From Candidatus Hydrogenedentales bacterium (GTDB lineage Bacteria > Hydrogenedentota > Hydrogenedentia > Hydrogenedentales > JAEUWI01): a stretch of DNA of 54,036 nt. Positions within the stretch are counted from its first letter, which is position 1; the number at the start of each line of letters is the position of its first letter. Under the pieces are notes generated by a model. It was given only the letters and a program-made list of their open reading frames with translations, had not been told where the DNA came from and made no database searches. The stretch is from assembly GCA_044344195.1 (NCBI GenBank), contig JBIJDL010000001.1:1-54036 (forward strand), read 5' to 3'. Made by a program: the position numbers and the translations under genes. Shown piece after piece: positions 43,085-51,185 of the stretch.

Positions 43085-43612
43085 ATGGATTTGAAATTGA
43101 ACGAGACACCTCTGATCGACAGCGACCGACTTTGCGCCCGAATCGGGGAGTTGGCGGAGGCGATGAACACGCACTATGGGGCTGCGTCCCTGCTGGTGCT
43201 GGTGGTGCTGAAGGGGGCGGTGCCTTTCAGCGTGGACCTGCTGCGGCAATTGAAGATGCCGGTGGTGGTGGACTATATCCGTGCGAAGAGTTACGCGGGC
43301 ACCGAGCGCGCGGGCGAGGTGGTTTTCTCCCACCTACCGGAGGAGCCAATCCACGGGCGGCGGGTCCTGATCCTGGAGGACATTCTGGATACGGGCCACA
43401 CCGTGGAGCGAATCCTGGAGGTGGTGCGGGCGCAGGATCCGGTGTCGGTCGATCTGGCGGTGCTCCTGGACAAGCCCTCGCGGCGTCGGCGACCGGTGGA
43501 GGCCAACTTTACCGGGTTTACGATCGAGGACCATTTCGTGGTGGGCTACGGGCTGGACTTCAACGAGCGATTCCGCGAGCTGGGGGCCATTCATACGCTG
43601 GACGCGGGGTGA
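43085..43612 (+). CDS. hpt: Hypoxanthine phosphoribosyltransferase
   Basis: PRPP-binding motif VLILEDILDTGHT, plus VVLKGA and FVVGYGLDF. The internal ATG at 43085 gives a family-typical 175 aa. Confidence 0.85.
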   Translation: MDLKLNETPLIDSDRLCARIGELAEAMNTHYGAASLLVLVVLKGAVPFSVDLLRQLKMPVVVDYIRAKSYAGTERAGEVVFSHLPEEPIHGRRVLILEDILDTGHTVERILEVVRAQDPVSVDLAVLLDKPSRRRRPVEANFTGFTIEDHFVVGYGLDFNERFRELGAIHTLDAG

Positions 43613-43884
43613 GCGGGAGAAAAGTCTATAAGGGATTCGAGGTCGAACCGAAACGCTTTCCGGGGGGTACAGCCCACCTGCGGCGGATCTTCGACCACCG
43701 ATTGGCGGGACGGCACTTTTGCCGCGTCGGCGACACGGGCCAATCGGCTGCTGTCCCCGCGATTGGCGACCTTTCCCCGAGTCTGCTACAATGCCATTCC
43801 CAGTAGAGAGAGCGGCCATCGCGGCAGGTGCCGGCGGTGATGTTTCTCCCTTTTTCGTGACGCCATTGAAGGATCGGGTCTAGC

Positions 43885-44910
43885 ATGGGCCTAATGACCG
43901 CCGAGATTTCCGCCAAGCATCTGGTGCCATTGTGCCGCCAGATGGCCACGAGCTATGACGCGGGCCTCCCCATTATCCGCACGCTGGAAATGATGTCGGA
44001 CAACGCGAAGGACTCCCGTTCCAAGCAGGTGTTCCGCGCCATGGCGGAGGATGCGAAGCAGGGGGCCACGCTGGGCGAGGCGGCGCGCCGCCAGAAGAAG
44101 TACCTGCCGAAGTTCTTTATCGAACTGCTCCACTCGGGCGAGCTGGGCGGGCGCCTCGACGTGATGCTGCACGATCTGGCGAACTACTATGAAGATCGCC
44201 TGGCGATGCAGCGGAAGATCGTGGGCGCGATGGTGTACCCGGCGATTCAGCTCGGCGCGGCGTGGTATCTGGGCACCTTCTCCCTGGGGCTCATCGGGCG
44301 CATGAATCTCAACGCGGCCGAACCTTTCAATCTGAGCGAGTATTTCAGCCAGTACTTCCTGTTTCAGGGATTCGCCACGGGGACCTTTGCGCTGGTGATC
44401 GTCGGGACCATCGTTCTGTCGCGGTTGGGCCTGATCAACTGGAGCTGGGGCCTCATTCTGAACTATATCTGGCCGCTGAACACGGTGAACAAGAAATTCG
44501 GCCTGGCCCGCTTTTTTCGGAGTTTCTCCCTGCTCGTGGGCAGCGGGATGAATATCCAGTCCTGTATCGCGAATGCGGCGGCGATTTCGGGCAATCCCTG
44601 GATTGAGAAAGATCTGAAGAAGGCGATTCCCATGGTTGCCGCGGGCCACAGCCTGGTGGAGTCCTTCGCGGGCTGCAAGAGCCTGACACCGCTGGCCCGG
44701 GAAATGCTGGAAGTCGGGGAGCGCTCCGGCAATCTGGAAGTGAGCCTGCGCAAGGTTTCCGACTACCACCTGGAAGAGGGGCGCCATGCCGTGGGCATCG
44801 CCACGAAGATTCTTGGCGTGCTGATCGTGCTCGGGGTGGGCGGCACGATAGGTTACGTCATTATCTCATTTTATACCCAGTACTTCAGTATGCTCGACAG
44901 TATCATGTAA
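43885..44910 (+). CDS. Type II secretion / type IV pilus platform protein F-family (GspF/PilC-like), orphan
   Basis: Two T2SS-F-like cytoplasmic segments (LCRQMATSYDAGLPIIRTLEMM... and FFRSFSLLVGSGMNIQSCI...LAREMLEVGERSGNLE) are separated by TM helices. 341 aa. An alternative start is at 43894. Confidence 0.7.
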   Translation: MGLMTAEISAKHLVPLCRQMATSYDAGLPIIRTLEMMSDNAKDSRSKQVFRAMAEDAKQGATLGEAARRQKKYLPKFFIELLHSGELGGRLDVMLHDLANYYEDRLAMQRKIVGAMVYPAIQLGAAWYLGTFSLGLIGRMNLNAAEPFNLSEYFSQYFLFQGFATGTFALVIVGTIVLSRLGLINWSWGLILNYIWPLNTVNKKFGLARFFRSFSLLVGSGMNIQSCIANAAAISGNPWIEKDLKKAIPMVAAGHSLVESFAGCKSLTPLAREMLEVGERSGNLEVSLRKVSDYHLEEGRHAVGIATKILGVLIVLGVGGTIGYVIISFYTQYFSMLDSIM

Positions 44911-44944
44911 CCATTCATCCGCACTCAATTGGAGGAAAAGCAGT

Positions 44945-45544
44945 ATGGCCCTGGCGCACGAGGACAATATTAACGAGCCGAAGGATTTTGCCCCCTATCT
45001 CTGGTGGGGCATTCTGGTGGTGGTGCTCATCATGGTCGGACTGATCCTGGCCATGGGCAAACGCACGCCGAGCCAATCGGAAGCACGCGCGAAGCATATC
45101 CTGGTCAAGTTCGATCAGCGCGACCCCGCGGATAGGACGCGTGCCCTGCAGCTCATCCAGGAGATTCGCGGCCGGATCGAGCAGGGCGAGAGTTTCGAGA
45201 AGCTCGCCGAGGAGTATTCGAACGATCCCGCCAGTGCCACCCGCGGCGGTGATTTGGGACGCATGCCCAAAGGGAAGCTTGAGGAACAATTTGAGAATTA
45301 CGTCTGGTCCGCTCCCCTGAATGAGCTGAGCAACGTGGTACAGACCAGTTTCGGCTTCCATCTGATCGTCGTGACGGAGCGCCACGTGTCCGCCAGCGAC
45401 GATTACGAAATGAACCTCGAACGACGCGTCACCGAGGTAGAAAAGACTGTCGCGGCACCCGCCGCCGCTCCCGAACCAGCTCCGGCTGTTCCCGCAGAGC
45501 CCACCCCTGCGGAACCCGTTCCGGCGGCAGCCCCCGCGTCGTAA
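44945..45544 (+). CDS. Membrane-anchored parvulin-type peptidyl-prolyl isomerase (PpiC-type)
   Basis: GGAGGA RBS and an N-terminal TM helix (WWGILVVVLIMVGLILA). Rotamase motifs are AKHILV, GGDLG and SFGFHLI. It has an Ala/Pro-rich tail. Confidence 0.8.
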   Translation: MALAHEDNINEPKDFAPYLWWGILVVVLIMVGLILAMGKRTPSQSEARAKHILVKFDQRDPADRTRALQLIQEIRGRIEQGESFEKLAEEYSNDPASATRGGDLGRMPKGKLEEQFENYVWSAPLNELSNVVQTSFGFHLIVVTERHVSASDDYEMNLERRVTEVEKTVAAPAAAPEPAPAVPAEPTPAEPVPAAAPAS

Positions 45545-45564
45545 CCTGTCGAAATGGCTTGATC

Positions 45565-45604
45565 GACCGGCGCTCCGGAATTCGGAGCGCCGGTCGTTTT
45601 CTTT
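45565..45604. terminator. Intrinsic terminator after the ppiC-type gene (hairpin also adjacent to the convergent small ORF)
   Basis: 13-bp stem GACCGGCGCTCCG / CGGAGCGCCGGTC (45566-45578, 45583-45595) with a 4-5 nt loop, followed by GTTTTCTTT on the + strand. Confidence 0.65.
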
Positions 45605-45610
45605 AAGGGG

Positions 45611-45778
45611 TCAATCCGGAGTCTTGGCGTAGAAACCGGCGAGATTCTGGATTACGGTCGGGCCATTCGTCCAAGTACTGAAAAATATGGTCAGGAAGGT
45701 GAGAATGGCCGATTCCAGCGGGGTGGTAACCCCCTGGGCCGCTTGGGGGCGTCGGCTGATAGTCTTGAGGTGGTTCAT
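45611..45778 (-). CDS. Small hypothetical protein (55 aa) with one hydrophobic segment
   Basis: The internal ATG at 45778 is preceded by AAGGAGA with a 6-nt spacer. The sequence is MNHLKTISRRPQAAQGVTTPLESAILTFLTIFFSTWTNGP.... No family is recognised, so this could be spurious. Confidence 0.4.
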   Translation of the reverse strand: MNHLKTISRRPQAAQGVTTPLESAILTFLTIFFSTWTNGPTVIQNLAGFYAKTPD

Positions 45779-45933
45779 GGTGAATCTCCTTGATGCTGCA
45801 TCGGGGGCGGAGCGCCGCGCGCCGATTTTTCGGGTGGTGAATCTGATTTTAGCCGTTGGGATGGGGTACAATCCATCCGCCCATGGCGCTGGCCGCCGCC
45901 GGGTAACGAAGCAACAGGGATCCGGGTAGTATC

Positions 45934-46188
45934 ATGGCACGCATTACGATTGATGGAAAGTTTAAGGATCTGGAGGAGGGGGAGCCCATTTTGGCGGCGT
46001 GCGAAGACTTGGGTGTGCCCTTCGGTTGCCAGGCCGGGAGCTGCGGCACCTGCGTCATTGTGGTGGAATCGGGTCTGGAGAATCTTCACGCGCCGAATCA
46101 TCTCGAAGCGGATATGGGTTTGCGCCACAACGAGCGCCTGGCCTGTCAGGCCCGGATCCGTACGGGCGAAGTGGTCGCGAGCTGGTAA
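45934..46188 (+). CDS. Plant-type [2Fe-2S] ferredoxin-like protein
   Basis: 84 aa with the Cys pattern CQAGSCGTC...LACQ, typical of 2Fe-2S ferredoxin folds. Confidence 0.75.
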   Translation: MARITIDGKFKDLEEGEPILAACEDLGVPFGCQAGSCGTCVIVVESGLENLHAPNHLEADMGLRHNERLACQARIRTGEVVASW

Positions 46189-46407
46189 TACTGCTTCTTT
46201 CTCACGTCACGCCGTGAAATTGTATGGCGAGACGGGAACCTTTAGAATAGCCGGGGGATAAGACCCTTACGGGCACTTTCACGCCTCAACATCAGCGTCG
46301 CGCCCCCGGTGCGACCCAATAACCGACGAGCCCCCGCAGGCGCAATCACGCGCCGGCCCCGGCTCCTCCCAGCCACAACAGGCCAGCCTTTTGAAGGGAT
46401 GTTTTTC

Positions 46408-49400
46408 ATGGGACCTGTCAACGCACTTCAACCACTCAGCGCAACTCTGCGCGCCCTTACCCTGCCGCTATTTGCGGCTACCCTTTTCGCCCTGCCGGCG
46501 CCGGCCCAACCGGCGAACTTTGATTTTGGCGACGGTCACAACGGGTCCATTACCGTGCCCGCTGGGGAAACGACGATCCAGGATCTCTGGGCGCAGGTGC
46601 GCACGGCGGCGGATCTCCTGGCCTACGATCCCGACAATGGGGATCAGGTGCCCCAGTTGGAGAATTTGACGATTTCCTCCGGCGGCACGCTCACGGTGAG
46701 CCCCTATACCGGCAACGCCAGCGGTGCGGTTAATCCGACCCAGGGCGGCGTGCTCCGGCTGAAGGTGCGGGGTACCTTGACGATTCAGGCCGGCGCGGCT
46801 ATCACGGCGACCGGCCGCGGCTATCGCGGCGGCACACTGGAAGGCGGCAGTCCGGGCTATATCGGGCAGCAGGGCGACAGTTGGGGCAATACCGGCGCGA
46901 TTAGCGGCGTGGCCAATCGGGGTGGCGGCGGTGGCGGCTTTGGCGAGATCAACGGCAATGCCAATCCCGGCAGCGGCGGCGGCGGCGGTCACCGCGAGGC
47001 GGGAGCGCGCGGTGCTACGGGCGAGGGCACGGCGACGGGCGGCCTGGGCGGTGAATCCTTTGATACGGTGGCCACGGCGGCGGGCCAGGGCTTTCGAGAC
47101 ACCTATCTTTTTCCACGCTTCGGCAGCGGCGGCGGGCGCGGCGGACAGACGACGAACTTTGTGAACATTAATGCACGCGGCGGCAACGGTGGTGGCGTGA
47201 TCATTATTGAGGCCGAGCGGATCGTGAACAATGGGACGATCTCCGCCGATGGCGCGGTCGGCGGTTCCGATCTTTCCGGCGGCGGCGGCGGCGCGGGCGG
47301 CAGCATACTGATCCAGACCCTGTCCGAGACCAACGGCACGGTGACGGTTAACGGCGGCGCGGGCGGCGTGGGCACCGTGCTGGGGAACGTCGGCGGTGCG
47401 GGCGCTCCGGGCATCCTGCTGTGGGATGGCCGCTACGAACTGGTGACGGAAGTCGATGGGGAAGGCACAATTGAACTGACACCCGCGGGCGGTCGTTACG
47501 ATGACAACACCGTGGTTTCGGCGGAAGCGATTGCGGATGATGGCTGGATGTTTGCGGGCTGGTCCGGCGACCTTTCGGGCACGGAGAATCCCGATGACGT
47601 GACCATGGCGGGCGATCGGGCGATTACCGCGACCTTCGTTGAACTGCCCACACTGACGGTGGAGCCGGACCAGCGGGATGTGAGCCCCTTCGGCGGCGAT
47701 CTCAGCTTCGGGGTGACGGTGGCCGGCGGTGCGGAAGATATTAACTGGACCACGACCATCACGGACGGTGCGGAATTCCTGTCGATTGCCACGGGTGCCT
47801 CGGGCACCAACAACGGGACGATCACGGTGACGGCGGCACCCAATGCCGAGGAAATTTCCCGGACTGGCCGCTTGCTGGTGTCCTCGGAGGATGTGGGCAG
47901 CGAGCCTGTGGTTATTACGATCACCCAGGGTCCGGCCACGCCCATGCTGTCCGTGACGCCCTCAGAGCAGACGGCTTTGGCCGAAGGCGAAGAACTGGTG
48001 ATCCAAGTGCTCAACACGGGCACCGGCACCTTTGACTGGACAGCGGCGATTCTTGCGGGCCACAGCTACGCGTCCATTACCTCGGCGACCACAGGCACCA
48101 ACGACGGCACCTTCGTGGTCAGTGTGGCCCCGAATCTTACGCCCTTGCAGCGCACCATTCGAATCTCTGTTTCGGCGCCGGGCGCCTTTGGTTCGCCGGA
48201 GGAAGTGACGATCACGCAGTTGGCCGGTGTGCCGCTCCTTCAAGTGTCGCCCACGAGCCAGTTGATCGGCTCGGCGGCGGGTACGGCTTCACTGAATGTT
48301 TCCAATGGAGGCAGCGGATCCCTCGGCTGGACGGCGGCGGTGATCGAGGGCGCGGGCTTCGCGACGATCACCAGCGGATCCAACGGCGTGAACGCGGGCC
48401 AGGTGACGGTGGCGTTTCTAAGCAATGTGTCGATGAACAATCGGACCGCGAAGATTCGCGTGGAAACGCCGGATGCCGCGAATTCCCCCATTGATGTGAT
48501 CATCACCCAGACTGCCCAGGAGGCGGTGCTTCAGGTCTCGCCGGAATCTCAATCGATCGGTTCCGGTGCGGGCGGGGCGAGCTTCCAGGTCTTGAATGCC
48601 GGCTCGGGTACGATGAATTGGACTGCTGCGGTTGTCTCCGGCGCGAATTTCGTGAGTATTTCCACCGGTATCTCGGGCTCGAATGAAGGCGCGATTGTGG
48701 TGTCCGCCACGGCAAACACGACGGGCCAGGAGCGCAGCGCGACGATTCGCATCAGTGCGCCGGGCGCGGCCAACAGCCCCGCAGAGGTTACCCTGACCCA
48801 GGCCGCGAGCGCACCGGTGCTCCGCATTGCGCCCACGGAGCAGTCCGTTGGTGCTGGCGGCGGCAACATCAGCATCACCGTTGAGAATGGCGGAACAGGC
48901 ACCCTGAACTGGACCGCTTCGGTGGCCTCGGGCGCGGAATTCCTGTTGTTGACCCCGCCCTCGAATGGCGTGGAAGACGGCGTGGTGCAAGTCACGGTGT
49001 CGCCGAACATTTCGGGCCGTTCCCGCACGGGCACGATCCGCGTTGAAGGAACGGGCGCGACAGGGAGTCCGCTGACGGCGACGATCATCCAATTGGGCTG
49101 CATGCCGCTGGATCCGCCGGCCAACCTGGCGGCGAGCGACGGCACTTCGCCGGATGGCGTGGACCTGATCTGGAGCGCCGCGCCGGGCGCCTCGGGCTAC
49201 GAAATTTTCCGGAGCCCGGAGAGTGATCGTGATCACTTTGAATTGGTGGCCACGACGACGGAGCCTCGCTATACGGATGAGGCGACGGAGGAGCCCACCT
49301 ACGAACTGATCCGCGAGGGCTGCTTCAATCCCGGCGAGTTCGACATTGACTACACCCTCTATTACTACGAAGTGCGTGCGGTGAATCCCTGCGGCGCGAG

Positions 49401-50247
49401 CGAGAGCAGCAATCGCACCACGGGATATCGCGGCCTGCCCCGCGACGACGATGATGACGGCGGCGAAGGAGAAGGCGAAGGAGAAGAGCCCACCGTCCCC
49501 GCGACGAAAGCGCTGACGACAGATACCCTCGTTCAGCAGGCAAGCCGCGTGGCGCTGCGTCTGGCGAATGACAGCGGAATCGATCCGTCGTCGATCTCAT
49601 TGAGCGTAAACGGTGTGGTAGCCGACACCGCGGATTATTTCTGGCGGCCTGTGGCGGAGGGTAATGATACCCTTGGCTGGGTGGTCTACACGGGTGTGGG
49701 CGGCTGGGCCGACGGAGCGTCGTATGTACTGGAGGCCAGCGCGAGCGCTCTGGACGGCACGGTGCTCTCCGCGAGCGGGACTTTCGTGTACGATTCCAGT
49801 GACGCGGATGTGTCGCTCGATGGAGTACGGGTCGTGCCCTACCTTCCCGAGGGCGAGGACACCGGCCTCTTCAAGGAGGGCCTTGGTGTGGTCTTTCTGG
49901 CGACTCCGGTCGAGGTGTACGACGTGCCGGAGCGGATCAGCATTCCGGTGCCGGACTATGTGAGCGGCGCATCGTTGAGGCTCTACTACCTGGGAAGCGA
50001 CGAAGACGGACCCGTGTGGTACCCGGCGGACCAGGTGAACGGACTGCTGGCGGCACCCCTGGCGCTTTCGGAAGACGGCACGAGCGTGGAGGCCTGGCTG
50101 AACCATGGCGGCACGCTGCGTCTGGGCTACGCGCCCGAGCGCGACACGCCCGCCTCGATCCCGGTGAACTACGGCACGGTGTTGTTGCTCGCGGGCACGG
50201 CGCTGGTGCTGTGGGTGACTGGATTCAGGCGGCGGGAAGCCCGCTGA
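46408..50247 (+). CDS. Giant secreted/surface protein: Gly-rich region, InlB-B-repeat-like domain, five BACON-like repeats, FN3, acidic linker, C-terminal anchor
   Basis: Signal-like N-terminus (LTLPLFAATLFALPAPAQ). Gly-rich region at 46816-47418. GWMFAGWSGDL is a B-repeat-like motif. Five ~97-aa repeats span 47650-49095, each with a W-T-[AT] motif and ending in IT/IIQ. FN3-like segment: YEIFRS...YYYEVRAVN. Acidic run DDDDDGGEGEGEGEE. The tail is VLLLAGTALVLWVTGFRRREAR. Start is ATG 46408 (GAAGGGA 7 nt upstream) or 46399. Confidence 0.8.
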   Translation: MGPVNALQPLSATLRALTLPLFAATLFALPAPAQPANFDFGDGHNGSITVPAGETTIQDLWAQVRTAADLLAYDPDNGDQVPQLENLTISSGGTLTVSPYTGNASGAVNPTQGGVLRLKVRGTLTIQAGAAITATGRGYRGGTLEGGSPGYIGQQGDSWGNTGAISGVANRGGGGGGFGEINGNANPGSGGGGGHREAGARGATGEGTATGGLGGESFDTVATAAGQGFRDTYLFPRFGSGGGRGGQTTNFVNINARGGNGGGVIIIEAERIVNNGTISADGAVGGSDLSGGGGGAGGSILIQTLSETNGTVTVNGGAGGVGTVLGNVGGAGAPGILLWDGRYELVTEVDGEGTIELTPAGGRYDDNTVVSAEAIADDGWMFAGWSGDLSGTENPDDVTMAGDRAITATFVELPTLTVEPDQRDVSPFGGDLSFGVTVAGGAEDINWTTTITDGAEFLSIATGASGTNNGTITVTAAPNAEEISRTGRLLVSSEDVGSEPVVITITQGPATPMLSVTPSEQTALAEGEELVIQVLNTGTGTFDWTAAILAGHSYASITSATTGTNDGTFVVSVAPNLTPLQRTIRISVSAPGAFGSPEEVTITQLAGVPLLQVSPTSQLIGSAAGTASLNVSNGGSGSLGWTAAVIEGAGFATITSGSNGVNAGQVTVAFLSNVSMNNRTAKIRVETPDAANSPIDVIITQTAQEAVLQVSPESQSIGSGAGGASFQVLNAGSGTMNWTAAVVSGANFVSISTGISGSNEGAIVVSATANTTGQERSATIRISAPGAANSPAEVTLTQAASAPVLRIAPTEQSVGAGGGNISITVENGGTGTLNWTASVASGAEFLLLTPPSNGVEDGVVQVTVSPNISGRSRTGTIRVEGTGATGSPLTATIIQLGCMPLDPPANLAASDGTSPDGVDLIWSAAPGASGYEIFRSPESDRDHFELVATTTEPRYTDEATEEPTYELIREGCFNPGEFDIDYTLYYYEVRAVNPCGASESSNRTTGYRGLPRDDDDDGGEGEGEGEEPTVPATKALTTDTLVQQASRVALRLANDSGIDPSSISLSVNGVVADTADYFWRPVAEGNDTLGWVVYTGVGGWADGASYVLEASASALDGTVLSASGTFVYDSSDADVSLDGVRVVPYLPEGEDTGLFKEGLGVVFLATPVEVYDVPERISIPVPDYVSGASLRLYYLGSDEDGPVWYPADQVNGLLAAPLALSEDGTSVEAWLNHGGTLRLGYAPERDTPASIPVNYGTVLLLAGTALVLWVTGFRRREAR

Positions 50248-50261
50248 AGTAACGGATTTCC

Positions 50262-50331
50262 ATAGGACGGATTTGACGGATAGGACCGATTTGAGAATCA
50301 GTCTTATCCGTCTCATTCGTCCTATTTTTTT
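50262..50331 (+). terminator. Intrinsic terminator after the giant gene, built from periodic GGACGGAT-type words
   Basis: Arms ATAGGACGGATTTGACGGATAGGAC (50262-50286) and GTCTTATCCGTCTCATTCGTCCTAT (50301-50325) are complementary at 21 of 25 positions, with a 14-nt loop. A run of 7 T follows (50325-50331). Confidence 0.6.
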
Positions 50332-50380
50332 CGCCCCACGACACCGGGGTGCTATCATACGCTTTTCAGGAGCACTTTAA

Positions 50381-51181
50381 ATGATCCCCGCCGAGCTTTA
50401 TCAGGCTGCAATAGACGATACCCTGGCCCTGCTGCGCGCCATGCCGCCAACGCCCGGCAAGACCGTGCCCTTGTCGCCCGAAGTGGCCGAATTACTCGCC
50501 CGCGCCGCCGCCGCAGTCTCCACCGCGCCCATTTCGACGTTGGAGGTGTCTTCCCCCGCAGTAGCGGCGATCCCGGCCACACCTCTTCCCGCCCTGGATT
50601 CAGGAGATGTGGCGGATGCCCTTTCGGCGCTGGCCACCATTGTGCGGGGCTGCGAAAAATGCAGTCTGTGCAAGACCCGCACGCAGACAGTCTTCGGCGT
50701 GGGGAACATCCAGGCCGATCTGGTTTTCGTGGGCGAAGCGCCGGGGGCGGATGAAGATGCTCAGGGCGAGCCCTTCGTGGGCAAGGCGGGCCAGTTGCTG
50801 ACCGATATCATCGTGAAGGGCATGAAAATGAAGCGGGAGGACGTCTACATCTGCAACGTCCTCAAGTGCCGCCCGCCGAACAATCGGAATCCCAACCCCG
50901 AAGAAATGTCGTTGTGCGAGCCCTATTTGATCCAGCAGTTGTCGCTGATCCGGCCCAAGGTCATCTGCGCGCTGGGCGGCGTGGCGTCGAAGTGCCTGCT
51001 CCAGACCGAGGCGTCGGTCGGGCAGTTGCGCGGGCGCTGGCACAACTATCAGGGCATTCCGCTGCGGGTCACCTATCACCCCGCCTACCTGCTGCGCACG
51101 CCCGCCGACAAGGGCAAGACTTGGGAGGATATCCAGGAGGTAATGAAGGTGCTCAGCGGCGAAATCGTCCCGGACGTATAA
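50381..51181 (+). CDS. udg: Family 4 uracil-DNA glycosylase (Fe-S type) with an N-terminal extension
   Basis: CEKCSLC...TQTVFGVGNIQADLVFVGEAPGADED...PFVGKAGQLL and NVLKCRPPNNR motifs. AGGAG lies 9 nt upstream of the ATG. Confidence 0.85.
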   Translation: MIPAELYQAAIDDTLALLRAMPPTPGKTVPLSPEVAELLARAAAAVSTAPISTLEVSSPAVAAIPATPLPALDSGDVADALSALATIVRGCEKCSLCKTRTQTVFGVGNIQADLVFVGEAPGADEDAQGEPFVGKAGQLLTDIIVKGMKMKREDVYICNVLKCRPPNNRNPNPEEMSLCEPYLIQQLSLIRPKVICALGGVASKCLLQTEASVGQLRGRWHNYQGIPLRVTYHPAYLLRTPADKGKTWEDIQEVMKVLSGEIVPDV

Positions 51182-51185
51182 GGTT

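Noticed and set aside
42445-43333. Two long minus-strand ORFs (241 and 255 aa) and a 65-aa + strand ORF (HHEGHEEHEEEKE) in the tilS-hpt gap
   Set aside because: They translate the periodic CACGAAG word repeats and AT-rich spacer of repeat copy C. They have no RBS and no protein-like composition.
47650-49095. Five ~291-bp tandem DNA repeats, considered as a possible CRISPR-like or satellite array
   Set aside because: The repeats are in frame within a long ORF, are diverged at the DNA level, and correspond to protein domain repeats (BACON-like). There is no short-repeat/spacer organisation.
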